Of a stretch of DNA of 64,000 nt, positions 12,615-26,994 are shown piece after piece. The notes beneath the pieces were generated by a model that was not told where the DNA came from, did not search any database, and saw only the letters and a program-made list of their open reading frames with translations. The translations under genes and the position numbers were made by a program. Source of the stretch: Octopus sinensis (lineage: Eukaryota); contig NC_042997.1 in assembly GCF_006345805.1 (NCBI RefSeq), forward strand, positions 57,846,001-57,910,000, read 5' to 3'. Within the stretch, counting starts at the first letter, position 1. Each line of letters opens with the position of its first letter.

Positions 12615-13316
12615 TTGTTTTGGGTGTTATTGTCGACAGCGATTTGCGTTGGACAAAACATATCGCTAAAATTGTCAAGAAGGCTGAGGGTGTCTTGGCA
12701 TCACTCACCAAATCCTTTGTGAGCCGCTCTCCGGCTATCTATCTGCGGCTGTATATAGCTATGGTAAGACCTCACCTGGAGTTTGCATCGCCGGTCTGGA
12801 GCCCCTATCTTGCCCAGGACATCAATCGTCTGGAAGCTGTTCAGCGACGTGCAACCAAAAGAATACCCTCCATCAGGCATTTGCCATATCCTGAACGCCT
12901 TACCTCCCTGGGCATGGACACATTGAAACTCTGACGTCTGGCAGCTGACTTGGCAGACACCCATAAAATTATCAACCATCGCACAAACAATAACTCTGAG
13001 CACCTCTTCAAACTTCACCCATCTAACACCCGTGGACATATTTACAAAGTAAGAAAACAGCACAGCTCCCATGACTTCAGGAAACATTTTTTCACGCTGA
13101 GAGTTGCTGAAGCGTGGAACAAACTGCCGACATCGGTTGTTAGTTGTCGGAGCACTGCTTCCTTCAAGACTTCCATGCTTCCTGAGATTCGCCAAAACTA
13201 CACTTGATTTTCTCCCCTCCATACACCCAGACATTTCTACACTACTGCATGTACTTTATATGCACTTTCTGACAAGTTGTGGTGCACCTGAGCACTGTAT
13301 ACAATAATTTCATTAT
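12615..13316 (+). mobile_element. 5'-truncated CR1/L2-like LINE (RT C-terminus plus 3' UTR)
   Basis: LGVIVDSDLRW...LYIAMVRPHLEFASPVWSPY...LEAVQRRATK...YPERL, then TRGH...FFTLRVAEAWNKLP. The 3' end is GAGCACTGTATACAATAATTTCATTAT. Confidence 0.88.
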
Positions 13317-13839
13317 ATATCAATATACTGCATATGAAAGATAAGTTATTACAAATTTATTAAAAAAACAGTATATAATATTACATGTATCTGTTTAATT
13401 AGGGGAATCATTTATATATTTATTAACTCATATGGGTAATATATGGTTAAAAATATATGTTGGAAGTTATTCAGACCAAATTCAAATAAATGGTTGATTA
13501 AATAAGTATCAGTTAATCACTGGGGTCGATGTAATCGACTTAATCCCCTTGTCGGTCCTTGTTTGTTCCCTCTATGTTTAGCTCCCTGTTGGTAATAAAG
13601 AAAGGTTATATTTAAGAGGTGTTGTTGTGGTGGTGGGTTTTTAGTTATAAATAGAACGAAAGGAGGTAACTCTGGTTTAATTAGGTCTATAATTATAAAA
13701 TGATATACTCAAAAATTTAGATCCATTATTCAGTCAATCAATCAGCCAACAAATTAATTAATTAATTAATCAATTAATTAATCAATCAATCAATCAATTA
13801 ATCAATCATTCAAAATATTGGTTCTGTAATGGGGTTGCA

Positions 13840-14081
13840 TATCAATGTATGTATCCATATACATACATATGCGTATACAATACATATATACACATGCATA
13901 TTTATATATACAACCATATATATGCATATATATATACACACACACATGTATATATCCACACACACATAAGGTACCAGCAGAAAACAAAAACATATACATA
14001 TCTATCTAAAACTGCATATATGTGTGTGCATACATAAATATATATATATAGATACACAAGTGCTTGCACAAATACACATAC

Positions 14082-14118
<37 letters not shown>

Positions 14119-14799
14119 CAAGCATGCACATAAATATACATATATACACACATATCCATATATAAATACAAAAGTAGCAACTATAGTAATATATACTCAC
14201 ATATACATACATGTATATAATTATATCTAACTTAATATATACCTTCTTGTATATATATATCTGCATAATTATCACATATTATATAATACAATACAGTATA
14301 GCAACAATTACTCTTCATTTTGAAGACACCTATGTCCACCCCATGCAGGTCTCTCAGGTCCTCCAGGAGGATATTTAAAAGCTGTGGTCCTCTGAAGCCC
14401 AGCCTCTTGCAGTATCTTGTCCTATACGTTGATGGCAGATTTCGAGTCCTTGGTACTATGCAGTGATGTCCAGTTCTAATATTTGTGTTACTCTTGATGC
14501 CAAAGTTTGGGATAAGTCTCTCCAGGATCTTCCAGATGTATATTATGGCATATCTTTCTTGCCTATGCTCTAAGGAATAGAGTCTTAATTTCTTGAGTTT
14601 TTCCCAGTAGGTTATATGCTGTATTGAGGCTATCTTCTTCATGTAGCCTCGTTGGACATATATATATAAATATGTATATATATGTGTACATATATATGTA
14701 CATATATATATATAATATATATATATATAAATAAAGATGTGTGTATCTATAATATATATATGTATATATATATATGTGTGTGTGTACATATATGTGTAC

Positions 14800-14856
<57 letters not shown>

Positions 14857-14933
14857 CACACATACATACATACATATATATATATAGGATATGTAAATAT
14901 ACTAATATATATGTGTGTGTGTATATATACATG

Positions 14934-14970
<37 letters not shown>

Positions 14971-14975
14971 TATAG
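13840..14975. repeat. Compound (TA)/(TACA)/(TG) microsatellite field
   Basis: Long imperfect dinucleotide and tetranucleotide tracts that generate the YI/CV-rich ORFs in the track. Confidence 0.9.
14320..14655 (-). mobile_element. CR1-like LINE RT C-terminal fragment
   Basis: [48 protein letters not shown]...FRGPQLLNIL within ORF 14232-14801. Confidence 0.75.
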
Positions 14976-15322
14976 CCGCAGGCTGAACAAAGCGTTGTCA
15001 GTGGATTTCATATACAGAAACTGAAAGAAGTCTGTCATATATATATGTTTATATTTGTGCGTGTGCGTGTGTCTGTTTCTGTGTCCCCACCATTGCTTGA
15101 CAACTGATGTTGCTGTGTTTATGTTCTCATAACTGAATGGTTCAGCAAAAGACACTGATAGAATAAGTATTATTTCTACAAGAATAAATCCTATGGTTGA
15201 TGTGTTTGACCAATGGCGGTGCTCCAGCATGGCGTCATTCAAATGAGTGAAACAAGTAAAACAATAAAAAACTATGCCATTTTAATCCCCAGCATGGGTG
15301 GTTATCTTTTCTTGATTATATA

Positions 15323-15376
<54 letters not shown>

Positions 15377-16189
15377 TATTATGCAAAAGTGTCGTAAGTC
15401 CAGAACGTTGCTTTTTCAGAAAATGAAAATATAGTTTTACTATTCCATAGTAAAACAGTTGTACTACACTCTGGCAATTTTTGATATCTTGGCATCTGAA
15501 GTGGCTGGAAATATGATAGTTTGGCCACAATAACTGGCTATTGCAAGCAAAAATATTTATTGAGAAAAAAATGCATTTGGTGAAATTTGGACATACGACA
15601 GCTTAACATAATAGCAATGATATGTGTATGTATGTATGTATGTGTGTATGTCTACATGTGTATAAATGTGTGTGTGTATATATGTATATGTGTGTATATG
15701 TGTGTGTGGGTGTGAATGTGTGTGTGTTTATGTGTGTGTATATGTGAGTGTGCATGTATGTATGTGTGTATAAGTGTGTGAGTGTGTGTATGTGTTTGTG
15801 TGTACCGTTGTCTGGACAACAGGCGATTGTAAATGAGCATCATTGTCATACAAGCAAGGTTGTTCACTTCCTATTTTCCAGGAAAACATGCTTGACCAGA
15901 GGGAAATATTACTTTGCTAGAAAACAGGTGAGGTTTGACAACAGAAAGGGTGTCTGAGCATAGAAAAATATACCTCAACAAATTTCATCTGATCCATGCA
16001 AGCATGGAAATGTGGATGTTAAATGATGATGCTGATGATACACATACGCTAAGTCTATGAACACAAACATCTTATATTCTTACTAAGTTTCACTCATACA
16101 TATACAATCACCTTATTATTCTTTGCTCTTACACACTCTATAACTCTGTTTCTCTTTCATTCACTTACTTTATTTTTATATTTTATCAG

Positions 16190-16502
16190 GCATGGGTTCA
16201 CCGATGGATTGTATTACACAAAATAAGCGACTTGTCAGCTGGTAAGCTTCTGGCTAAACTCGACATCTATTTGAATTCTGATCAAGCCTGTCTTCCGGAC
16301 ACCAAACTGTCAACAATCCTCCTTGAGAATGTCACTGGTATTGTTCATACAACAAAATCAAGGACTCATCCACATGCTTTTGAGATACAAAATAAGGACA
16401 TTTCTATCCTTTTTTTCTCGGCAACATCTCCTTGTGAGACATATCTTTGGGTATGTCTTCTACGGGAAATCTTCTATTTCCAGCCAATGGATGATGGTGT
16501 CA
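16190..16502 (+). CDS. DOK/IRS-like adaptor, internal exon encoding most of the PH domain
   Basis: Polypyrimidine tract plus AG at 16188-16189 and GTAAGT donor at 16503. 313 nt, phase 0 to 1. Translation AWVHRWIVLHKISDLSAGKLLAKLDIY...SRTHPHAFEI...ILFFSATSPCETYLWVCLLREIF has the PH W-x-x-R-W strand and the C-terminal helix Trp. Confidence 0.85.
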
Positions 16503-17103
16503 GTAAGTATTGAAACACGAAGTTTACAGATTGTTGCACTTATTTTTCTTTCTAACAGCTAAGTTCATCAGTAAAAAAAAAGAAAAAATCACTATTCAGG
16601 TATTTCACAAACAAATGGAATATTCAAAAAACTGTCTCACTCTTAATAAGCTCTATAATCATGTCCAATTTGGTTGAGATTCTTGACACTTCTCACTTGT
16701 AGTGTATTTTCATATTCAAGTAAGAGAGAGAGAGAGAGATGTTGATTAACTCTTTAGCATTTGGATTACTCAGTCAAACGTAATGCTTATTTATTGAAAT
16801 TGGTTTGAATTAATCATGCATTATCTTCTAGCTTTGAGATTTCAATGATGTGATTGTACAATTTTTGAATGACATTGTAGGGTAGCTGTGAGATGCTAGA
16901 TCTGGCCATAAAAGAGATAGAATACTTGGGTTGGATATGGCCAGTTTAAATGTTAAAGGGTTAAATTCACTCCAGTACTTGACTGGTCCTTTATTTTATT
17001 GACTCCCAAAAGATGAAAAGGATGAAATTAAAATGTAAAGAGTTAAAACAAATATTATGAAGTATTTTGTCTTATACTCTGGCAATTTCACCAATCCACT
17101 GCC

Positions 17104-17522
17104 TTAATAATAATGATGATGATGATGATAATAATAATAATCATGATAATAATAATAATCATGATAATAATAATAATCATGATAATAATAATAATCATGA
17201 TAATAATAATAATAATAATAATAATCATGATAATAATCATGATAATAATAATAATAATAATAATAATCATGATAATAATAATAATTATAATCATGATAAT
17301 AATAATAATCATGATGATGATGATGATAATAATAATAATCATGATGATGATAATAATAATAATAATCATGATGATGATGATGATGATAATAATCATGATG
17401 ATGATGATGATGATAATAATCATGATGATGATAATAATAATAATCATGATGATGATGATAATAATAATAATAGTAATAATAATAATAATAATAAAAATCA
17501 TGATAATAATAATAATAATATG
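17104..17522. repeat. Compound trinucleotide repeat (AAT/GAT/CAT)
   Basis: Recurring (AAT)n-CAT-(GAT)n higher-order unit. Confidence 0.95.
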
Positions 17523-17712
17523 CTGCCACTGCTAATACTAAATACAACTAACACTAAATTAACACTACAACTACTACTATCATGATAGCACAGGTATCTG
17601 AGGCCCAACTACCACCCTTACCACTACCCCTACTGTTGCTGGTGCTGCAACCACTGCTGCTACTACACATAAAAACAATAATATCAATGATGATAATGAT
17701 AATAATAATAAT

Positions 17713-20700
17713 GAAAGGAAATGGGTGGAGCCTCCTCCTCCACATGAGCTGATTAATGATACATCTAGTGATGGTGTCACAATAAAAACACACAAAAAAA
17801 ACTGATAATCGCTATCTCACATGAGTGACAATGAAAAAAACAAAATATGAATAACGGTGGTAATGAAACTGAAGCCAATGATGGTGACAGTGTTACACCT
17901 GGTAGGCTCAGAGATTCTGGTCTGGCTCCAGCCTGTCGATATCCAGAAAGGGACCACCACACATGGCATAGATGGAGCAAGCAAATTAATGCTGTGGTCA
18001 TGGAGTGTTACTATCTGAGCAGCCTGGTAGATGAAAATGGTGCTCAAATTAGAGGTACCGATAACGAATGTATGATCATTGGAGAGAAAAGGCATTGTTT
18101 CAACTCACAGAACAGAGACAATGTGATCAAGCTAGAGCAATAAGGAATAATTACTAATGAGAGTAATCCCATAGCACAGGAAAGGAGCAGTGGTAGTTTA
18201 TTTGATGAGAGACATATAGATGATCCAAAAGAAGACAATAAAACTAGTGGCAACATGACAGATGAACAAAAGACAATCTACGACAGAATAAAGGCAAGAC
18301 GACAGGAGAATGATAGCGACATTATTTGCAACCTTAAAACGGCTGACCGATGGAAATTGAACCAAGAAACGAAAAATGTGAATGAAATTCTGAAATACAT
18401 CAGAACAAACAACATCACAGAAACAAATAATTTGATCAAGGCAACAAATATTGTTGTAGCAGAAAATGTGGGTGTTGATGTCAAGAAAAAGAAACATAAT
18501 GGGAGTGACAAAAGAAAAGATCCATGGTGGAAAAGAAGAATCCAGGCAGGATTAGACATGTTCTCAAAGGAAATTTCTGTGTTAGACCGAAAAGAGAAAG
18601 GGGAGTTTAAAAGCGAACAAAAATACAGGGTGCTGAAAAGGAAGTATGATATTGAATGAAAGAGCCTGAAAGTAGTAGTGAAGGAACTGAAACAGCTCCT
18701 CATTGCAAAGATGGTAAGATATGACCAAAGAATGAAGAATTACCACCAGAATAGGTTATTCAAAGTAGATCAGAAGAGATTCTATAAAGAAATAAATGGA
18801 GAGTGTACAGATGAAAAGTTGATACCAGATAACATTGAAAGTCAAAGGTTTTGGAGTGACATCTGGAGCAAAGACAAGGGGTACAAGAAGGATGCTGAAT
18901 GGTTGCAAGAACTGAAACAAACAGTAGTCTGTCCAAAACAGGCAGAACTAGTCATTTCGGTTAAGGAAGTGAAGGAAATCAAAAAAATGAGCAACTGGAA
19001 GGCCCTGGGACCAGATGGAGTTCAAGACTACTGGATCAAAAGATTTGGTGAATATCATGCCTGAATAGCTGTGCAACTCAACACCTTGTTAAATGCCGAC
19101 CAAGGAACACCAGAGTGGTTGACATTGAATAGGACAGTGTTGTGCCTGAAAAACATCAAAAAAGGCATGTATTGCAGGCCGATATCCTGTTTGTCACTTA
19201 TGTGGAAGTTAGTGACTGGAATACTCGCAGAGTCAATGTATGAACATCTGGAAAAAAATGGAGTCCTGCCACATGAGCAGAAGGGTTGCAAGCGTAAGTG
19301 CAGAGGTACCAAGGATCAACTCCTGACAGACAAAACTGTACTTTGAGACTGCAAGAGGAGGAAACGTAACTTAGCCATGTCATAGATCGACTATCGTAAT
19401 GTGTATGATATGATCCCACATTCTTGGATTATAGAGTGTATGAACTTATTTGGTATTGCATTGAATGTTGAGCAATTGCTTGGAAAAAGTATGACGAATT
19501 GGAGGACGAACCTGACAGCATACGGAAGAAGTTTAGGGACAATAGAAATTAGGAGGGGCATCTTCCAAGGGGAGTGCTTGTTCCCACTGATCTTTGCAGT
19601 GTACTTGATACCACTAACACTGATTCTGAGGAAAGCAAAAGCTGGGTATGTATTCAAAAGCCGCCAGCAAAAAATCAACCATTAGTTATTCATAGATAAC
19701 CTCAAACTTTATGGTAAAGATGAACCCTACGTCTGTTCCCTTGTTGATACGGTGTATACCTTCAGTGCTGATATCAGAATGGAGTTCGGATTGAGAAAAT
19801 GTGGTGTGTTAGTCTTGAAGAGAGGCAAAATTAAATGTATGGATGGGCTAAAGATACTGTCGAGGGAGGTTATGAAGCAGATAGAAGAGAGGGCTATAAG
19901 TGCTTGGGGATACTGGAAATGGATAAATTGATGGAGAAATAAATGACAGAAAAATTTAAGGTGGAGTACTTGCGCAGACTGAGACTGATCCTTAAGTCGA
20001 AATTAAATGGATGGAATAAGATCGAAGCTATCAACACCTGGGTGGTTTCACTCCTTAGATATGGAGTATGGGTAATCACATGAACAGTAGATGAACTAAA
20101 CAGCTTAGAGAGAAGGACAAGGAAGTTGCTGACTAGATATGGGTTACTCCACCCCAAAAGTGACACAGACAGACTATGTACCAAGAAAAAGAGGGGGAAG
20201 TGGATTAATGGATGCGAACACAGCATTAGAGCAGAAGAAAACAACATAGCATGGTATGTAAAAAATGCCACAGAACCACTATTTTAGAAGTAGGAAGGTC
20301 AGGCTTGTGTAGAATGAAAGATTGCAAAGATAAAGCACTATACCTGAAATTGAAAATGAATGAAACTGAAAATAGGTGGGTAAAGAAAAGAATGCATGGC
20401 CAATTTCTCAGAGATGTTGAAGACAGAGAAAAAAGATGGCTGTGGATAACTAAAAGTGATTTAAAACCAGAAACGGAGGTTCTGATCTGTGCTGCCCAAG
20501 AGCAAGCACTAAGAACAAACTACATAAAATACAGAATCGACAACACAGCAGAAAGTGATAAGTACAGAATCTGTGGACAAAACAGTGAAACTGTATGGCA
20601 TATTACCAGTCAATGTATGCCACTAGCCCAGAAGGAATATAAGAGATGCTACAACAATATAGCCAGGCTTGTCCATTGGACACTCTGCAACAAGTAGGAA

Positions 20701-21209
20701 CTTGACAGATCAAAAAATTGGTATGACCACAAACATGAAGGCATCATCGAAAATAGAAATGCAAAGATCCTATGGGATTTTATGATTCAGTGCGAACATG
20801 AAATAGAGAATAGAAAGCCAGACATAGTCTTAATTGAGAAAGAAAACAAACTATGCTGGATCATAGATATAGCATGCCCAGCTGACAACAAGGTATGCGA
20901 TAAGGAAGGAAGAAAAGTTGAGAGGTATGATAGGTTAGCTTGGGAAGTTAAGCAGTCGTGGTCAATGAAAAAGGTAGCAGTAGTACCAATAATTGTCGGA
21001 GCCCTGGGAACAGTGAGCAAAAATCTTGAGAAGTACGTGGAACAAATAGGGGCTGCAGTAAGGGTGGATCACTTTCAGAAAATAGCATTGTTTGGAACCG
21101 CTCAAATACTCTGGAAGGTGCTCGAAAAATAAGAGGTGTTACCTTAGTTCACTGGTAGTGAACAGCTGATGCTGTAGTACATTTCCAGCATTAGAAGTTG
21201 TGCAAAGGC
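17713..21209 (+). mobile_element. Near full-length R4/Dong-clade non-LTR retrotransposon (RT plus restriction-like endonuclease), decayed, in an (AAT)n target
   Basis: Consecutive ORFs give [32 protein letters not shown]...GTKDQL, GIFQGECLFPL, CAAQEQALRTN, ETVWHITSQC and RKPDIVLIEK...IIDIACP...VPIIVGALG (PD-(D/E)xK). Flanked by (AAT)n at 17690-17712 and 21210-21263. Confidence 0.9.
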
Positions 21210-21224
21210 AATTATAATAATAAT

Positions 21225-21263
<39 letters not shown>

Positions 21264-21535
21264 CCTTTCTACTAAAGGCACAAGGCCTAAAATTTTTTTT
21301 GGTGGGGAGTCTAGATGATTACATCAGCTGCAGTGCTCAGCTGGTACTTATTTAATAACAATAATATTAATAATAATAATGGTTTCAAAATTTGTCACAA
21401 GCGCAGCAATTTTGGAAGAGGGGATGAGTAAATTGTATCAATCTCAACTGGTACTTAATTTATTAACCCCAAAAGGATGAAAGGGAAAGTCGACCTCTGG
21501 GGAATTTGAATGATTCTGCCAGCTCACCACCTTTA
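21264..21535 (-). mobile_element. Short tRNA-SINE with (TTA)n tail (interrupted)
   Basis: AATCCTTTCTACTAAAGGCACAAGGCC...GGTACTTATTT...GGATGAAAGGGAAAGTCGACC...GAATTTGAA; same family at 27955-28415, 48770-48950, 50140-50290 and 42420-42620. Confidence 0.7.
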
Positions 21536-24500
21536 ATAATAATGCTGCGGCCACCCCTGCAGCTGACGGCAATTTCTAAATTTGGTACAATGCCATAAAC
21601 TTGAGGAGAAAGAAATAGTTGATTATATTGATCTCCAGGACTTGTCTAGTACTTTATTCTATCAATCAGGAGTTAGAAGAATTTGAACTCAGAATATAAA
21701 TAGCTGGAAATATATTACTGATACCTATTTTTTTCAAGTATTAGATGGATAAAAGGTAATCAGCTACAGTAGGATTTGAGTACCAGGCTGTGAGAGACTA
21801 AATATGTTTTTAGTTTGCTCACTCACCTTACCACAGTTACAGAATAAGCTGTGTTCATTAAAACTTTCTGAATATATAATCACACCAAACTATAATATAT
21901 GGATTGGTGAGTTCCTTAGCCCCTTTCATTATTGAAACATTAACAAAGACTCCATTTCTTTGCAATGTATCTTGACAAATATCAACCTTGTGGAATTCAT
22001 CTCCTTCCAATTTATACCATCAAGAATTGAAATTGTACTGCAAACTGACAAACCACTTGTCATTTTTAAAATACTGCTGTATTTTTAAAATACCTTTTTT
22101 AAAAATACAGTGAGTTGTCCCTGCCAGGTGGGTACCTTTTCTTGGCGAGGTGAACAGGATCATTCTAGAGTTAAATATCTCTTGGATAATTTGATATTCA
22201 GTCAGTTATATATTGTATGGCATCACTCAGTTACATATATATATAAAAGAATAAGATCTGGTCACTTGTTAAAATTCATAAAGTATCTTCATATGATGTA
22301 CTAATTTAACTATAATTTATAAACGTAAAAATGATTTAGCACTGATAACTCAATATTTGCTAGCTACAGAATGTTCCAACTATCAACATATGGTACCTAT
22401 TTATATCTGTTTATATCTAACTATTGGTAGTTAGTTTAGATATATCTCTTGTTTCAAAAGCAAGATGTTCTGGAGTTAATCCAAATTTCACCATCAACGT
22501 TATCATTGTTTTACATTTATTATTTTTCCATGATGGCATGGGTTGGCCAAGACTTATTGAGGTAGTATTCTATGTTTGGATTCCTTTTCTGATGCCAACC
22601 CTTTCATGTTTTCAAGTAAGGTACTTTATTCCATGTTTTTGCAATGTTGAATCCCTGAGCTGCCTGTATGGTGTTAGTGTATACACACACTCACACATAC
22701 GCTTCATCATCATCTAATATACATTTTCCCTGCTGGCATGAGCTAGATGGTTTGATTGGAACTGGTAAGCTGAAGAGCTGCACCAGGCTCTAGCCATCTG
22801 TTTTGGTTTGGCTTCTTTACCTGGATGCCCTTCCTAATGCCAACCACTTTACAGAATGTACTTTGTGTTTTTTGTGTCAGTGGCACAGGTGCTTATTACA
22901 TGTCACCAGCATGGGTGTCTTTTATGTGTCGCTGGTCTGGGTGCCTCTTACGTGTCAGCACACTAGCAACAACTATGATTCACTTAGCTTGTCTACCAAA
23001 TTTCATTTATAAGGTAATGGTCAACCTGGGGCCTTAGTTGAAGACATGTATCCAAAGTGTGGAATTGAACCTGAAAACAGGGTTGCAAAATAAATTTCTT
23101 AGCTACACTGCTATGCTTGTACCTTTAATGTATATTAAATTGTTGTGAGAAGTTTCTTACTTTAAAAAGGAATAGTATCTATTGTAAGTTTTTCCTTATG
23201 ATGGGATTTAAACTTAGCATTGAACATCCACAAAACACTTGCTGGTTGTAGTGTCTGTATAGTCCATTGTGATAACCTGTATATGAAACTGACAAGGAAC
23301 TGAGACTTCTGGTAGTTTGCTGTGCTTGAGAAGCCAAGTAAAGTCATGGTTGTCCTTGCACACAGGCATGTCCTCTGCATCTCTCTTCAGCTGAGTGATC
23401 CTAATCTTGTGGGCTCATGGGTGCTGATGCCACATAAAAAGCACATGTGCTGGTGCCACGTAAAGGCATCCATGCCAATTCTGTTTAAAAGCACCCAGTA
23501 CATTCTGTAAAGTGGTTAGCATTAGGAAATGCATCCAGATGTAGAAACCATGCCAAAACAGATATAGAGCTTGGGAAGCTGGCCAGCTCCTGTCAAACTG
23601 TTCAACCCATGCCAGCATGGAAAATAGGTGTTAAATGATGATGAATGGATAGTTAATCTCTATGCCAGTAGCACAATTCACTAGATTTATACAATATTTT
23701 AACTGGTAGACGAATAACCATCAAATCATTTAACCTTTTTACTGCAAAATTAAATTTCATGGTTATTTCAGTAATGATGTTAAATATCTTCCAAAAAGTA
23801 GAATTGATATTCTATGCAAGTCACACTGCCTCAATAAACTTGATATATCTCAGTAAAAAATAAGTTTCAAACAGGACTTTCTTAAACTACATTGATGTAT
23901 AAAACTGCTTTCTGCAGTTAGGGGTTTTGACATTTTGAGTGGATATATCTGATTTCCACAGAAAAAGGCTTAATCAACTATTTGATGAGTTAAGTAGGGA
24001 ATCTCTGTATTGTTGTTTGGCTAGTTAAAAATAGCAGCCAAATATCCCACAAATCACACCCCTACCACCTTAAATAAAAGGAAGGATACATGGGATAATG
24101 TGGCCCTGGATATGCTATAAGATGTGGATGGTCAAGGCTTGCCTTTAACCATAGGCTTATTCAATCAGGCTAAGTTGAAGCTAAACAAGAATTGTGTTTA
24201 GAGTTGAACTTTACTTATTTGTCTAAGAAAATATCTCATACAAAATATTATAACATCTAGAAGCTGTGACCTCCACATTTTTGCTTCATACTTCCTAACA
24301 CCTTCAAAATATGTCATTTATTTATTTATTTACTTCAGACTGAACCATTTATTCAATATTTATTTTAATTTCTGAGTCATTGAATTATTGAACTTTTCAC
24401 CATGGTTTTCTTATCTTTGCCGTTACAATCTAGATCAGTTAATTTGGTACAATATTGTAACTGGTACAGATATTGTTGATGGGGGTGGTAGGGATATTGT

Positions 24501-24787
24501 TGCTGTTATCGTTGGTGATGGTACTGGTGGTGGGTAGAGTTTTCATTGTTGTTGTTATTGGGAGTGTGTTAGGGGTACATTGCTTGTTAATTATTGTTAA
24601 TTTGTTGTTGATATTGTTTTTAGCCGTGATATTGGTTTTGTTGTTGTCATTGTTGTTATGGAATGAGAATAAACCGAAATTATGAAATGTGATTATATTG
24701 TGATATTTTAGTGGTTTTTACCCTGTATTTTGTAGTTTAGTGTGGTAGTGTTGTTGTTTAGCCCTTGAAAATATCTATGATCTGAGG

Positions 24788-25084
24788 CAGTGGCCCCCAA
24801 TCTCTTTTGCAGCACAGACTGGTTTCATACAAGATGATTTTTCCATGGATCAGAGGATCATGCATCTAACAAAACAATAACATGCATAATATATAATTTA
24901 ATTATTACATGTATAATGCATATATATTACAAATATAAGACATATATACAAAAACACCTCACAGATTGTGATAGTCAATAAAATATAAATAAAATTATTT
25001 TAAAATTGATCCTTTCTGTGTGGCCTGATACCAAATGATCCATGGCATGATACTGGTCTGTGGCAAGGTGGTGGGGGACACCTG
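24788..25084. mobile_element. hAT/Charlie-like MITE
   Basis: Termini CAGTGGCCCCCAA and TGGGGGACACCTG; flanking 8-mers ATCTGAGG and ATCTAAGA (decayed TSD). Confidence 0.65.
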
Positions 25085-26281
25085 ATCTAAGACATTCTGC
25101 TTGAAACTCTTGCATTTTCTTCCTCAGACAATGGATATACAGGTCTACATAATTCAATGTTTCTCTTTTTATTGAAGATGATATGATGTAATTTGAAGGG
25201 AAATTGGCTGCTATTTCTAGCAGTTTGAGCAGCTATGTAGGGGCTCCCTCATTGATCCAGGTATTGTAGTGTTGTGTATGCTAGTGTAGAAATATAGTGT
25301 AATAACTGGAGTGGTTAAAATACTTTTGTACTTCAAATGGATTGTTTAGACCGCCAGACTAAACTGATTTACTGTTTGATTCACTACTCTTGCGGGAGTT
25401 TAGTTCTTCTTTATAACACATCAAATTCAATATTAAACTGTTCTTGATGCTGTTGTTATAGGAATATTAGCCAGATCACCTTTAACCCTTTCATTACCAA
25501 CCCAGCTGAAACCGGGTCTGGCTCTGAGTACAGAAGTTTTGTTTTCATAAGTTTTGAATTAAAATTTTCCACCAAACCTTAGTCACACTTTATGTTCCTA
25601 ACTCCAGCTGAATGATAACTAAGTTATTTAACTAAATTCTTTGTTATATTTAAAGTAATTGAAAGAAACACAGAGCCTCTCAAAATAAATACTGAAATGA
25701 AAGAGTTAAATTATACACTTGACTGTGATCTGAGGGAAATTTGATTGCTAGTTTAAACATGTCAAGTGATTATGTGGTGTTCCCTTTTTACCTAGCATTG
25801 TTAGTGGTGTTGTTGTCAGCCCTGTTTGAGCAGGCCTATAATCAAAGACATTCCAGTTATGACCATTTCTTTTTATTTAGACAATGTAGTATTCAGAGTG
25901 TACAGTGTTATCCAATGTGTCCCTCTCTTTTGAAGACAATAGATTGTAATTCGAGGGAGATTTGGTTACTATTTCTAATAGATCAAGTGACTAAGTAGAG
26001 GCCCTCTACTTATTCAACCTAAATAGTTTGTTATTGTTGGGAAGCTGGGCATTGGGGTTGTTGATATTGTTGGTTGCTAGGGTAGAGGAAAGTTGCTAGT
26101 GTTCCATATTCTTATGTTATTAATTCTCAATTATATTCATTTCATTTTACATAATCAGACTTTCACATTTCCATAGAAATATAATTCTATTTTCTTATGA
26201 TGTATGAAATGATTGTTTATTTTCTCATGCTAATGTAAAATAAAATAAATCTAAGACAGTTTTATTTCAAATCTCTTTCAG

Positions 26282-26498
26282 ATTCTTATGAAGTTTGGGT
26301 CAGAGAAAATGAATATTCAGTAAGTCTAGGACTTACTGGTGATTATTTTATGAGAATTACACCAAGTTCCTTATTTTTAAAGAAGCAATCAGGTGATAGC
26401 GACTATGAGTGGCCACTGTCTACTTTGAAAAGGTTCTATGTCAAGTCCCTGGCACCAAAAGATAAAACTAACAATATTCTTATTATTGAGAGTGGATT
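26282..26498 (+). CDS. DOK/IRS-like adaptor, exon encoding the IRS-type PTB domain (N-terminal part)
   Basis: TTTCAG acceptor (AG 26280-26281) and GTAAGT donor at 26499. 217 nt, phase 1 to 2, joining the PH exon in frame. Translation SYEVWVRENEYSVSLGLTGDYFMRITPSSLFLKKQSGDSDYEWPLSTLKRFY...ILIIESG matches the IRS/DOK PTB pattern GLxGxYxLxxT...WPLxxLRRY...ExG. Absent from the ORF track. Confidence 0.85.
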
Positions 26499-26994
26499 GT
26501 AAGTTGATTTTTACCTGTTACTGTCATAATCGTTGTAATCAATGTTGCCATAACTATCATTTTCAATGTCATGTAATGCTTGTCTGTTTCATTTGTATCT
26601 GTTTCAATTACCAATGTAGAAATATAGAAATACTAGGTGTAGAAGAAAATAAATATAACAGGCTTTGACTATAACACTTCATCTCAAATAAGCAAATGCT
26701 ATACATGAAAATCAATTTGAACTGATTGATATCATCTCACACCCTACAACATGGCCAGACTGTCACTTTGTAACCTTTCATGACATGCTATAACTTTCAT
26801 ACACCCTAAACAACATGCTATAATATCACTTTATACTCTCTTACATGCTATGACAATCACATTACATAACATTCCATGACTGTCACACTGTCCTACACAA
26901 CATGCTATAATGGCTTCACTGTATCATACACAACATGTCTTGCAATCTGCACAATGTAATTTGTTCATTTTGCAGTACCTTATTCAACATCATG

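Noticed and set aside
13802-15957. Many 60-190 aa ORFs rich in YI/CV/HT
   Set aside because: Read-through of (TA)/(TG)/(TACA) microsatellites; no splice context or domain. The same applies at 10.2-11.0, 46.5-46.9 and 52.4-54.0 kb.
17067-17585. 172-aa poly-N/D/H ORF and overlapping ORFs
   Set aside because: Product of the trinucleotide array lying in an intron; no coding evidence.
26740-26940. Degenerate ACATGCTATA-containing minisatellite
   Set aside because: Too decayed to define a period or assign a function.
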